Shown: one piece after another, positions 30,104 to 38,495 of the stretch
How the letters are laid out: every line of letters begins with the position of its first letter
Position numbering within the stretch: position 1 is the stretch's first letter
NCBI GenBank assembly: GCA_031429135.1
Contig: JANOYZ010000136.1
Span: forward strand, 1 to 42,424
Length of the DNA: 42,424 nt
Direction: 5' to 3'
From: Novosphingobium sp.
GTDB lineage: Bacteria > Pseudomonadota > Alphaproteobacteria > Sphingomonadales > Sphingomonadaceae
Notes under the pieces: model-generated
Told to the model about the DNA's origin: nothing
Databases searched by the model: none
The model's input: only the letters and a program-made list of their open reading frames with translations
Position numbers and translations under genes: made by a program

Positions 30104-30946
30104 TCAATCCTGCTCCCAGGCCTCGCCGCCCTTGAGGATGGTGCGGTGCATCATGCGTCCGCAATCGGGATCATAGGGCGTGGCGCGGTGGAGCGAGGTG
30201 CGGTTGTCCCACAGCACGGTATCGCCGACAGTCCACACGTGGCGGTAGGTATAGGGCTCGGTGGTAGCGAAATTGCGCAGGCCGTTGAGGATATGCGCGC
30301 TTTCCCGGTAATCCTTGCCGATGACATGCGCGGCGGTATTGCCCAGCACCAGGCTCTTGCGGCCCGACTGATGCTTGACCACCAGCGGCACCTGCGCCTC
30401 ACCCTTGCTCTGCCAGTCGGCCAGCTGGGCATCGCTGGGTTCGGGTGTGTGATAAAGCGCCGAGTTCCATAGCGAATGCTGCACCCGCAGATCATCAATC
30501 TCGGCCTTCTTGTCCTCTGGCAGGTCTTCGTATGAGGTTGCGGTATTGGCGAACAGCGTATCGCCGCCTTCGGGTGCCAGCACCTTGCCGGTCAGCATCG
30601 AGGCGCGGATCGGGATCGAATTCATCGTGCCATCGATGTGCCAGTAGAGCGAGCCGAGCAGATATTCGGCAACCTCGTGGTTGACCTTCCGGTCGAGCGA
30701 AACCTTGAACATTTCCTCGCCGCGCACTTCCATCGCATTGCCGCCGAGCAGATTGGTGAACTGGATCTGTTCCGCATCGGTGAAGTTGATCTGGGGGAAT
30801 ATCAGCACACAGCGTTCTTCGAGCAGGGCGTTGATCTCGTCCGACAGCTCACCCGAAAGCAGCTCTGCCTTGGTGCTCAGGATACGTGCGCCGATCTTCG
30901 GCTTGATCTGTTCATAGCGGAGACGGGTTGCGGTTGCGGTGGCCAT
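30104..30946 (-). CDS. TauD/TfdA family Fe(II)/2-oxoglutarate dioxygenase
   Basis: WHIDGT (HxD), GGDTLFAN, PLVVKHQSGRKSL, WTVGDTVLWDNRTSLHRA; GGGAG RBS before ATG 30946. Confidence 0.93.
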   Translation of the reverse strand: MATATATRLRYEQIKPKIGARILSTKAELLSGELSDEINALLEERCVLIFPQINFTDAEQIQFTNLLGGNAMEVRGEEMFKVSLDRKVNHEVAEYLLGSLYWHIDGTMNSIPIRASMLTGKVLAPEGGDTLFANTATSYEDLPEDKKAEIDDLRVQHSLWNSALYHTPEPSDAQLADWQSKGEAQVPLVVKHQSGRKSLVLGNTAAHVIGKDYRESAHILNGLRNFATTEPYTYRHVWTVGDTVLWDNRTSLHRATPYDPDCGRMMHRTILKGGEAWEQD

Positions 30947-31141
30947 TGGGATTCTCCCGGAAGCGGATAGTGTTGCTGAACAGTTGTATGGCAAATCCAG
31001 GGTGAAGTCCAGCGCAAGGCAGCGGGCTGCACCGCTCCTGACGGCAGCCTCGATAGTGTTGCCCGTTATGGTTCGATTCTCGCTTGCCAGCTGGAAATTC
31101 TTGCTGTTTCTCACCGTATTGCGAAAAAGAGGAGCGATGCG

Positions 31142-33970
31142 GTGAATTTCAAGAACTTGCGGCTGGGAACCAGTTTGATTGCCCTGGCTCTGCTGGCGCA
31201 ACCTGTTTTGGCCGGTGGCCCCGCCAGCCAATCACCTGGCGTCAGCTGGGCGCAGGACCAATCCGACATCAAACCCGATCCGGCGGTGCGCTTTGGTGTG
31301 CTGCCAAACGGGCTGCGCTTTGCCATCCTGCATAACAAGACCCCCAGCGATGGTGCCGCCATGCGCCTGTGGATCGGTTCGGGCGCGATGATGGAGCGCG
31401 ACGAAGAACAAGGCCTTGCGCATTTCCTCGAGCATATGTCGTTTCGTGGCAGCACCAATATTGCTGACGGAGAAGTGGTGCGCATGCTTGAACGCCACGG
31501 CCTGCAATTCGGGGCCGATACCAATGCTTTCACATCGCAAGATCAGATCGTTTACCAGCTGAACTTTCCCAAAGCCGATGCCGCCTCGCTGGCGACGGGT
31601 TTCACCATCCTGCGCGATGTTGCCAGCCGGCTCAGCATCAAACCCGAGCTGGTCGAGGCCGAACGCGGCGTCCTCATTTCCGAAGAGCGCATCCGCGACA
31701 CCCCGCAAGACCGGATGGCCAAGACCATGTACCGGCAGGCGCTTGATGGCACCCGCGCGCCGCTGCGCTTTCCGATCGGCACTATTGAAGTGCTCAAATC
31801 CGCCGGGGCCGAGCGCCTTCGCCGTCTCTATCAGGCGAATTTCCGCCCTGAAAACGCCGCCGTGGTGATTGTCGGCAATATTGATCCCGCTGTGATGGAG
31901 CAGGAGATTCGCAGCCGTTTCGCTGATTGGAAAACGGTTGGCGCGGCTGACGTGCTGGTTGCGGGCGTACCTGCTCCCAAGCAACCTGTGGTCGAATTTG
32001 TTGCCGAAGGTGCGCCCGACATTCTGGCGCTCAACTGGGTCGCTCCGGTTGATATCAGCGCAGATACCTTGGCCTTTGAACAGGCAAGGCTGGTGAAGTT
32101 GATCGGCCTGACCGTGCTGAACAACCGTCTGGCCGATCTTGCCGCCAAGCCTGGCAGCCCGATCCTTGGCGGCGGGGCTAACCGTCAGGACAAGGTGTAC
32201 GGCGTCGCCGATCTCACCACGCTGAGCTTCGCCTCGCCGCCGGAAAAGTGGCGCGAGGCGCTTGATGCCGTGACGCAGGAACAGCGCCAGCTGTTGCGCG
32301 ATGGGGTGACGCCGGCCGAGCTGGCGCGCGCTGTCAGCATACTGCGCACCAGCTTTCAGGCCCAGGCAGATGGCGCAACCACGCGCAAGAGCCCGGACCT
32401 TGCTGACGCGATTGTCAGAAATCTGAACAGCAACGAGGTCTTTACCAGTCCGGCGCAAGATCTGGCTCTGGTGCTCCCGGTGCTGGATAAAACTCGGTCT
32501 GAAGAGGTCAGCGCATCGCTACGAAAACTGTTTTCAACCAATGGTCCGCTGCTGTTCCGCTCAGCCAAAGCAGGGGCTGCGGGCGAAGCAGTGTTGAAGC
32601 AAGCACTGGCCGATAGCTACGCGCGCCCGCTCGCCACGCGCACCGCCGAGGCGGTCGTGGTCTGGCCCTATGGCGATTTCGGCGCACCGGGCAGCGTTCT
32701 TGCGCGGCAAGCCGATCCCGCACTGGGCATCACCACCATCACTTTCGCCAATGGCGCGCGGCTGATCGTCAAACCCACGCAGTTTGAAAAGGACACTGTC
32801 CGCGTTACCGTCACGCTGGGCGGCGGCAAGGCAGCCGTTCCAGCCGGGCTGGCCCATGCCATCTGGGCGGCGGATGCCTTGCCTTTAGGCGGCACCAGCA
32901 AGCTGTCCTATTCACAAGTGCAACGCTGGGCGCAGGAAAGCGGCAAGGCGATCAACATCACGCTGTCACAAAGTGCCAGGTTCACGCAAGTGAGCGGCAC
33001 CACACGCAAGCAGGATCTGGCCAGCGAAATGGAACTGCTGACCGCTTATGTGCGCGATGCGGCCTTCAGGTCCGAGGCTGATGAAAAGGTGCTGCAAAGC
33101 GGCCCGATGGTCACGAGCCAGCTTGATGGCAATATCAGTGCCGCTTTCGTGCGGGCGCGCGGTTCGGTACTGGCGGGCGATCAGCCGCGCTATGCCGACT
33201 TGCCCAGCAATGCTGAAATTGCCGCAACCAAGGCAGGCGATGTGGCAAAATTGCTGCGTCCGCAGCTGGCAGATGCGGCAGACGTTGTCATGGTTGGCGA
33301 TGTGACGATTGACGATGCTATTGCCATCGTTTCCAGAACGATTGGCAGCGGGCCGAAGCTGACCCGTCTGCCCGCGCTGCAACCGCGCATTGCCATGCCA
33401 AAACCACGCGTGGAGCCCTATGTCTTTGCGCATAAGGGGCGCGCTGATCAGGCAATGCTCGGTCTCTATTGGCAAATGCCAGATTTCTTCGCCAATCCCA
33501 AACTGTCCACTACTGCTGACGTGCTCAGCAAGGTGATGCAGCAGCGGCTGATCGATTCAGTGCGCGAGAAATTGGGCATTACCTATTCCCCCTCAGCCGA
33601 AGCCAGCGCGGGCCGTCAGATTGCCAATTATGGCTTCATCGGTGCAGCCATCGAAACGCCGGAAGCAAATTTTGCGGCTTTCCGCTCCATTGTGCTCGAA
33701 CAACTGAAAGACCTTGCCGCCAAACCGATCAGCGCGGATGAGCTGTCGCGCGCGCGCGGTCCGCTCGTGCAATCGCGCAAACAAGGTCTGGAACGTAACG
33801 AATACTGGATGGCCGGTCTGGCGCTCCTGCTGCGCGAGCCACGCCAGCGTCAGGCTTTGTTGACCCGGGTTTCGAGCGTTGAGGCAGTGACCGCAACTGA
33901 CCTGCAAAAGCTTGTGAAAGCGCAATTGCTTGGGAAATTGCCGGTCACGATTATCGTCAAGGGCAAATAG
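31142..33970 (+). CDS. M16 family zinc metallopeptidase (PqqL-like), exported
   Basis: Signal peptide, GVLPNGLRF, GLAHFLEHMSFRGS (HxxEH), DTNAFT, VREKLGITYS; GAGGAG RBS. Confidence 0.93.
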   Translation: MNFKNLRLGTSLIALALLAQPVLAGGPASQSPGVSWAQDQSDIKPDPAVRFGVLPNGLRFAILHNKTPSDGAAMRLWIGSGAMMERDEEQGLAHFLEHMSFRGSTNIADGEVVRMLERHGLQFGADTNAFTSQDQIVYQLNFPKADAASLATGFTILRDVASRLSIKPELVEAERGVLISEERIRDTPQDRMAKTMYRQALDGTRAPLRFPIGTIEVLKSAGAERLRRLYQANFRPENAAVVIVGNIDPAVMEQEIRSRFADWKTVGAADVLVAGVPAPKQPVVEFVAEGAPDILALNWVAPVDISADTLAFEQARLVKLIGLTVLNNRLADLAAKPGSPILGGGANRQDKVYGVADLTTLSFASPPEKWREALDAVTQEQRQLLRDGVTPAELARAVSILRTSFQAQADGATTRKSPDLADAIVRNLNSNEVFTSPAQDLALVLPVLDKTRSEEVSASLRKLFSTNGPLLFRSAKAGAAGEAVLKQALADSYARPLATRTAEAVVVWPYGDFGAPGSVLARQADPALGITTITFANGARLIVKPTQFEKDTVRVTVTLGGGKAAVPAGLAHAIWAADALPLGGTSKLSYSQVQRWAQESGKAINITLSQSARFTQVSGTTRKQDLASEMELLTAYVRDAAFRSEADEKVLQSGPMVTSQLDGNISAAFVRARGSVLAGDQPRYADLPSNAEIAATKAGDVAKLLRPQLADAADVVMVGDVTIDDAIAIVSRTIGSGPKLTRLPALQPRIAMPKPRVEPYVFAHKGRADQAMLGLYWQMPDFFANPKLSTTADVLSKVMQQRLIDSVREKLGITYSPSAEASAGRQIANYGFIGAAIETPEANFAAFRSIVLEQLKDLAAKPISADELSRARGPLVQSRKQGLERNEYWMAGLALLLREPRQRQALLTRVSSVEAVTATDLQKLVKAQLLGKLPVTIIVKGK

Positions 33971-33990
33971 CGGTGCGATATCAAAGACTC

Positions 33991-34032
33991 TTAGAACATG
34001 ATGCGATTCAGATTTAGCGGATCATGTTCTAA
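33991..34032. repeat. Intergenic palindromic repeat, module B alone
   Basis: TTAGAACATGAT-GCGATTCAGATTTAGCGG-ATCATGTTCTAA; 12-bp perfect arms; loop resembles module B at 15141-15182 and 35629-35668. Confidence 0.88.
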
Positions 34033-34062
34033 AAGCCCTTCGCTGCTTGTGGAGCACAACCT

Positions 34063-34737
34063 ATGATCGCGCGCGAATTGCTGGACACGGCGCAAGTGCC
34101 CGGCGGCGAGGAGCTTCGCCTCTACCGGCATGACCGCGATTTCATGATCGTGCTTGATCGCAATGAACTGATGAGCAGCCGGATGAGCGGCTCGGAAGTC
34201 AGCCTGGCAACCTTGACCTGCGAGCGGCTGGCGGGGCGCGCAGCCCCTCACCTGCTGATCGGCGGCTATGGCATGGGCTTCACCCTGCGCGCCGCGCTGG
34301 CGGAGCTGGGCGGCGATGCCAAGATCACCGTCGCCGAACTGGTGCCAGAGATCATCGCCTGGGCGCGCGGGCCGATGGCGGAACTGGCCGCCGGCTGCCT
34401 CGATGATGCCCGAGTCACCCTCGCCATGGACGACGTCGCCGATGCGATCTCTGCCAGCGCCGCGCGCTATGATGCGATCCTGCTCGATGTCGATAACGGG
34501 CCGGACGGGCTGGTGCGGCTCGCCAATGATCGGCTTTATACGATGAAGGGACTGAAGGCGGCCAAACACGCACTCAAACCTGGCGGCGTGCTGGCTATAT
34601 GGTCCGCCGCGCCTGACAAGCTCTTTGCCGCGCGCATGGCCAAGGCCGGCTTTACGGTCGAGGAAGTCCAGGTCCGCGCCCGCGCCAACGGCAAAGGCGC
34701 CAAGCATGTGATCTGGTTCGGGGTGCGGCTCACCTGA
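34063..34737 (+). CDS. Spermidine-synthase-like SAM-dependent methyltransferase-fold protein
   Basis: ELMSSR, LLIGGYGMGFTL, VAELVPEII, ILLDVDNGPDG, LKPGGVLAIWS. Confidence 0.82.
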   Translation: MIARELLDTAQVPGGEELRLYRHDRDFMIVLDRNELMSSRMSGSEVSLATLTCERLAGRAAPHLLIGGYGMGFTLRAALAELGGDAKITVAELVPEIIAWARGPMAELAAGCLDDARVTLAMDDVADAISASAARYDAILLDVDNGPDGLVRLANDRLYTMKGLKAAKHALKPGGVLAIWSAAPDKLFAARMAKAGFTVEEVQVRARANGKGAKHVIWFGVRLT

Positions 34738-34740
34738 GCT

Positions 34741-34779
34741 CTAGGTCACAGACCCATAACCAACGGGTCTGTGACCTAG
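34741..34779. repeat. 15-bp perfect inverted repeat between convergent genes (possible bidirectional terminator or mini-element remnant)
   Basis: CTAGGTCACAGACCC-ataaccaac-GGGTCTGTGACCTAG; includes the TetR stop codon. Confidence 0.88.
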
Positions 34780-35348
34780 CGGGTAGACAAACCGTCAAGC
34801 CAGCCCTCGACCCACTCCCGCGCGCGGATGTGGCCGGTGGAGATGCCCAGCCCGTTTTCCATCACCAGCGCGCGGCCAATCCCGGCAATCAGCGTGGCGA
34901 GCACGTCAGCCGGGATATCCCGCGCGCGATCACCCAGCGCCCGCTCGATCACCTCAAGCTGGAGCTGGTGCGTTTCCCCGGCATGTTCGGCCATCGCTGC
35001 CTGCAAGGCCTTGCGGTGAGTCGCCATGGCCATGAATTCGAGCATCAGCGCGGTGCGGGTGGTGTGCATGGTATAGGCCCACAGCGCCTTTAGCGGCTGC
35101 GGATCGGCCAGCGCCTTGGCCAGTTCCTCGCTCGCCCACTCGGCAGAGCGGCGATAGACGGCGATCAACAGATCATCGGTAGTGGGGAAGTAATAATGTA
35201 CCAGGCTGGGCTTGAGCCCCGCGCGCGCTGCCACGCGCCGGGTGCTGGCAGCGGCATAGCCTTCCTCAACCATGACTTGCTCGGTCGCCTCAAGGATCTG
35301 GGTCCGGGTGGAGGAACTCTCCGCCCCGACCCTGCGTGGTGTTGCCAT
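34776..35348 (-). CDS. TetR/AcrR family transcriptional regulator
   Basis: RTQILEAT...GYAAASTRRVAARAGLKPSLVHYYFPTTDDLL helix-turn-helix. Confidence 0.95.
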   Translation of the reverse strand: MATPRRVGAESSSTRTQILEATEQVMVEEGYAAASTRRVAARAGLKPSLVHYYFPTTDDLLIAVYRRSAEWASEELAKALADPQPLKALWAYTMHTTRTALMLEFMAMATHRKALQAAMAEHAGETHQLQLEVIERALGDRARDIPADVLATLIAGIGRALVMENGLGISTGHIRAREWVEGWLDGLSTR

Positions 35349-35562
35349 TTTTGGAGCGCCCCCAAGTTACTTGCACAGCCGCAAGCGCCATCAGCACGGT
35401 TGGTAAGGCGTGAGACAGGGCCGCGCAAGGGCAGCCGGTTGCAAAAGTGCAGTCCTAGCAGAGTCACAGTCCCCGCCCCCAGAACCTCCGCGCCGGATCA
35501 GTCCACGCTCAGCTGGCAAACAGCAACCCACCAAACTATGGTAATATCGCTGCCTCACTCAA

Positions 35563-35669
35563 TTAAAGCGCGATGCGAAAAAGTGGGCACCGGTTTTTCG
35601 CAATAAATCGCGCGAAAACAAAGACACTTATAGCATGATGTGATTCAGATTAAGCGCATCATGCTATAG
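35563..35669. repeat. Composite intergenic repeat, modules A+B (CIR-like)
   Basis: GCGCGATGCGAAAAAGTGGGCACCGGTTTTTCGCAATAAATCGCGC, linker GAAAACAAAGACAC, TATAGCATGATG-TGATTCAGATTAAGCG-CATCATGCTATA. Confidence 0.92.
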
Positions 35670-35813
35670 ACCCAAAACCGACCACAATTGCACACCGTGA
35701 CGGAGCCGGTCCTGCCCCTAATGGCCAGTGGCTGATCAGTTTCCGCGTTGCAAGTTATTCAGCTTACTCATAGGTATGTTCACTTGGATTCTCTGGCGGG
35801 AGTTTTTTGGGGC

Positions 35814-37250
35814 GTGAGTCTGGGGGTAACGGCACTATCGGATCTATCAGTGCCAGCAGGCTTGCTGCATGGCCTGCATCTGCTGGAATATGAGCTGTTG
35901 CTGTTTGCCGCCTTCTGGTTCGTCATCGGTATTTTTGACGAACTGGCGGTTGATCTGGTCTATTTCTGGCACCGCATTTTCCGCCACAAACGCACAAATC
36001 GGCTGGCGCAGGAGGTGGCGCACCGGCCGCTGATCGGCAGATCGGCGGTGTTCATTCCCGCGTGGCAGGAAGCCGGTGTGATCGGCGCGACACTCGCCCA
36101 CGCCCTCAAAGTCTGGCAGCAGGAAGAATTGCGCATCTATGTTGGCTGCTATCGCAATGATGCAGCGACACTGATTGCCGCCATGGCCGGGGCCGGAGCC
36201 GATCCGCGGGTGCGGCTGGTTGTGCATGATGCCGATGGGCCGACGACCAAGGCCGATTGCCTGAACCGGCTTTACCAGGCTCTGCGCGATGACGAGGCGC
36301 GCTGCGGCATGCGCGCACGCTCGGTGATTCTCCATGATTCAGAGGATATGGTGCATCCTGCCGCTTTGGCGCTGATCGATCTGGCGCTGTCCGATGCCGA
36401 TTTCGTCCAGCTGCCGGTGCGCCCCGAACCACAACGCGGCGCGCGCTGGATCGCCGGGCACTATCTCGACGAATTCACCGAAGCCCATGCCAAGGCCATG
36501 GTGGTACGCGATCTGCTGGGGGCGGCGCTGCCCGCAGCAGGCGTCGGCTGTGCATTTACGCGCAGCATCCTCGACAAGCTTGCCGGTCTGCGCGCGGATG
36601 CGGCGGTTCCCGGGCCGTTCGAGGCTGATTGCCTGACCGAGGATTATGAACTGGGCCTGCTGGTAACCCGCTGCGGTGGGCGCAGCCGTTTTCTGCGCTT
36701 GCGTGATACGGATGGTTCCCTGGTGGCTACGCGCAGCTATTTCCCGGCCACACTTGATGCTTCGGTGCGTCAGAAAACCCGCTGGATCCATGGTATCGCT
36801 TTTCAGGGCTGGGAGCGGCTGGGCTGGTGGGGCAAGCCGGTCGATATCTGGATGTCGCTGCGTGATCGGCGCGGGCCGCTGGTGGCGCTGGTGCTGGCAG
36901 TGGCCTATTTCCTGCTGCTGCTGGCTCCGCTGCTGGCTCTTGCCGACCATTATCAGCTGGTCGGACCACGCAAGGAATCGGCACTTCTCGACGTGATGAT
37001 CGCCATCTGCTTTCTCGGACTTGGCTGGCGCGCGGTGATGCGCTTTGCCTTTACCAAGCGCGAATATGGCTGGGCCGAAGGACTGCGCGCGGTGGTGCGA
37101 ATTCCGATTGCCAATGTCATCGCCATCATGTCTGGCCGCCGCGCTTTTGTCGCTTACCTGCGGAGCATGACTGGCCGCGCGCCGGTCTGGGACAAGACGG
37201 TGCATCATGATCATCCGGCCTTGGTTCTGGCCGAAAGGGCGCGGGCATGA
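35814..37250 (+). CDS. GT2 processive glycosyltransferase, NfrB-like (phage N4 adsorption protein B catalytic/membrane region)
   Basis: FIPAWQE, YVGCYRND, GPTTKADCLN, LHDSED, PAAGVG, LTEDYELG, RQKTRWIHGI (QxxRW), RDRRG, WDKTVH; N- and C-terminal TM helices; start uncertain (35748 TTG or 35814 GTG). Confidence 0.85.
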   Translation: MSLGVTALSDLSVPAGLLHGLHLLEYELLLFAAFWFVIGIFDELAVDLVYFWHRIFRHKRTNRLAQEVAHRPLIGRSAVFIPAWQEAGVIGATLAHALKVWQQEELRIYVGCYRNDAATLIAAMAGAGADPRVRLVVHDADGPTTKADCLNRLYQALRDDEARCGMRARSVILHDSEDMVHPAALALIDLALSDADFVQLPVRPEPQRGARWIAGHYLDEFTEAHAKAMVVRDLLGAALPAAGVGCAFTRSILDKLAGLRADAAVPGPFEADCLTEDYELGLLVTRCGGRSRFLRLRDTDGSLVATRSYFPATLDASVRQKTRWIHGIAFQGWERLGWWGKPVDIWMSLRDRRGPLVALVLAVAYFLLLLAPLLALADHYQLVGPRKESALLDVMIAICFLGLGWRAVMRFAFTKREYGWAEGLRAVVRIPIANVIAIMSGRRAFVAYLRSMTGRAPVWDKTVHHDHPALVLAERARA

Positions 37251-38443
37251 AGCAATCCGCCCATCGCCGCCGCGGCCAGCCTGCCATCGTGCTGTTCACA
37301 CTGCTCGGCGGCTGGACCGCCGTGCGTGTGCTGGCGTGGAACTTGGCCGCAGTCTCAAGCCAGCTTTCCGATGCGAGCATGGCTGAGGACTTGGTTCAGC
37401 CGCAGGTGCAGATGGTCCAAAAAGCGCCCTTGCGCGCGTCTTTCAAGCAGAATTCGGCGGCGGCAAGCGATTGGCAACTACAGCCCGCAGATCACTCAAC
37501 TGCGCCCGATGCCGAAAAAGCGAAGAGCGATGCACCCCCGCCCTTGCCCGGACAGCTGCCCGATGCCTCCTGGACAGCGCCGATGCCCGCCCTCATGCCG
37601 GCTCCCATGCCTGCCCCAGTTGCGGAGCCTGTGCCTGAGCAACCCTCAAAGCAGGCCGAGCCGCGCATGACTACGATGATCGCTGGCGGCCACCAGTTGC
37701 TCTGGCTTTCGGCCTTCAGTCAGCTGCCCATGCCTGCTGAAGTCATGGCAAGGATCGCCCCGACGTCGGCGGCTGCTGCGACGCGCCTGCCGCGCTGGTC
37801 GGCGGATACATGGTTGCTGCTGCGGCGCGGCAATGGCCCTGCCGGGCTGGCGGCGATTGGTGGCAGCTATGGTGCCAGTCAGGCCGGTGCCGTGCTGCGC
37901 TACCGCCTCGCGCCAGACGATCCGAATCGCCCGGCGGTCTATCTTCGCGCCACGGCGGCGTTGAATGGCATGCGCGAACAACAAGCAGCTTTCGGTTTAT
38001 CGGCCCGGCCAATGGCCAAGCTGCCAGTAGTGGTCATGGCTGAGCTGCGCGCCACACGCAGTGCGGCTGGCATCAGCCTGAGGCCGGCTGCCGCACTGGT
38101 GAGCGAGTTTCCGCCGCTCAATCTACCATTCAAGCTGCGGGCCGAGGCCTATGCCCAGGCGGGCTATGTCGGCGGACGCGATGCCACCGCCTTTGCCGAT
38201 GGCCAGCTGCGGATTGACCGCAAGCTCTTCAGCATCGGCCCGGCCGAGCTGCGCGCCGGTGCCGGAGCCTGGGGCGGAGCGCAAAAGGGGGCCGCGCGCG
38301 GTGATGTCGGCCCCAGCGCCAGTGTCACCTGGCAGCCGGGCCGCGCTGCCTCGGCACGGCTCAGCGCGGACTGGCGCTTCCGCATCGCCGGAAATGCCGC
38401 GCCCGCATCGGGACCAGCAGTGACCTTGTCCGCAGGATTCTAG
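37247..38443 (+). CDS. Hypothetical envelope protein: N-terminal hydrophobic helix, Pro/Ala-rich linker, putative C-terminal outer-membrane beta-barrel
   Basis: ATGA overlap with the GT; PAPMPAPVAEPVPEQP linker; alternating strands (AVLRYRL, AEAYAQAGY, RLSADWRFRI) and terminal VTLSAGF. Confidence 0.72.
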   Translation: MKQSAHRRRGQPAIVLFTLLGGWTAVRVLAWNLAAVSSQLSDASMAEDLVQPQVQMVQKAPLRASFKQNSAAASDWQLQPADHSTAPDAEKAKSDAPPPLPGQLPDASWTAPMPALMPAPMPAPVAEPVPEQPSKQAEPRMTTMIAGGHQLLWLSAFSQLPMPAEVMARIAPTSAAAATRLPRWSADTWLLLRRGNGPAGLAAIGGSYGASQAGAVLRYRLAPDDPNRPAVYLRATAALNGMREQQAAFGLSARPMAKLPVVVMAELRATRSAAGISLRPAAALVSEFPPLNLPFKLRAEAYAQAGYVGGRDATAFADGQLRIDRKLFSIGPAELRAGAGAWGGAQKGAARGDVGPSASVTWQPGRAASARLSADWRFRIAGNAAPASGPAVTLSAGF

Positions 38444-38495
38444 GAATTCCAGCCTTAACAGGGGACTTTTGCTGGGCTAGGCCAGTGCCAAGCTG

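Noticed and set aside
31232-32458. 408-aa minus-strand ORF
   Set aside because: Lies wholly opposite the M16 peptidase; no recognisable motifs
34063-34737. True speE forming a polyamine pathway with aguB
   Set aside because: About 20 kb from aguB, short, and lacks a recognisable full SpeE N-terminal signature; kept as spermidine-synthase-like only
631-35669. CRISPR interpretation of the palindromic repeats
   Set aside because: Copies are dispersed kilobases apart with no spacer periodicity and no cas genes
37545-37640. Tandem DNA repeat in the Pro-rich linker (ATGCC-containing units)
   Set aside because: Degenerate; explained by the MPA/PMP amino-acid pattern rather than a true tandem array
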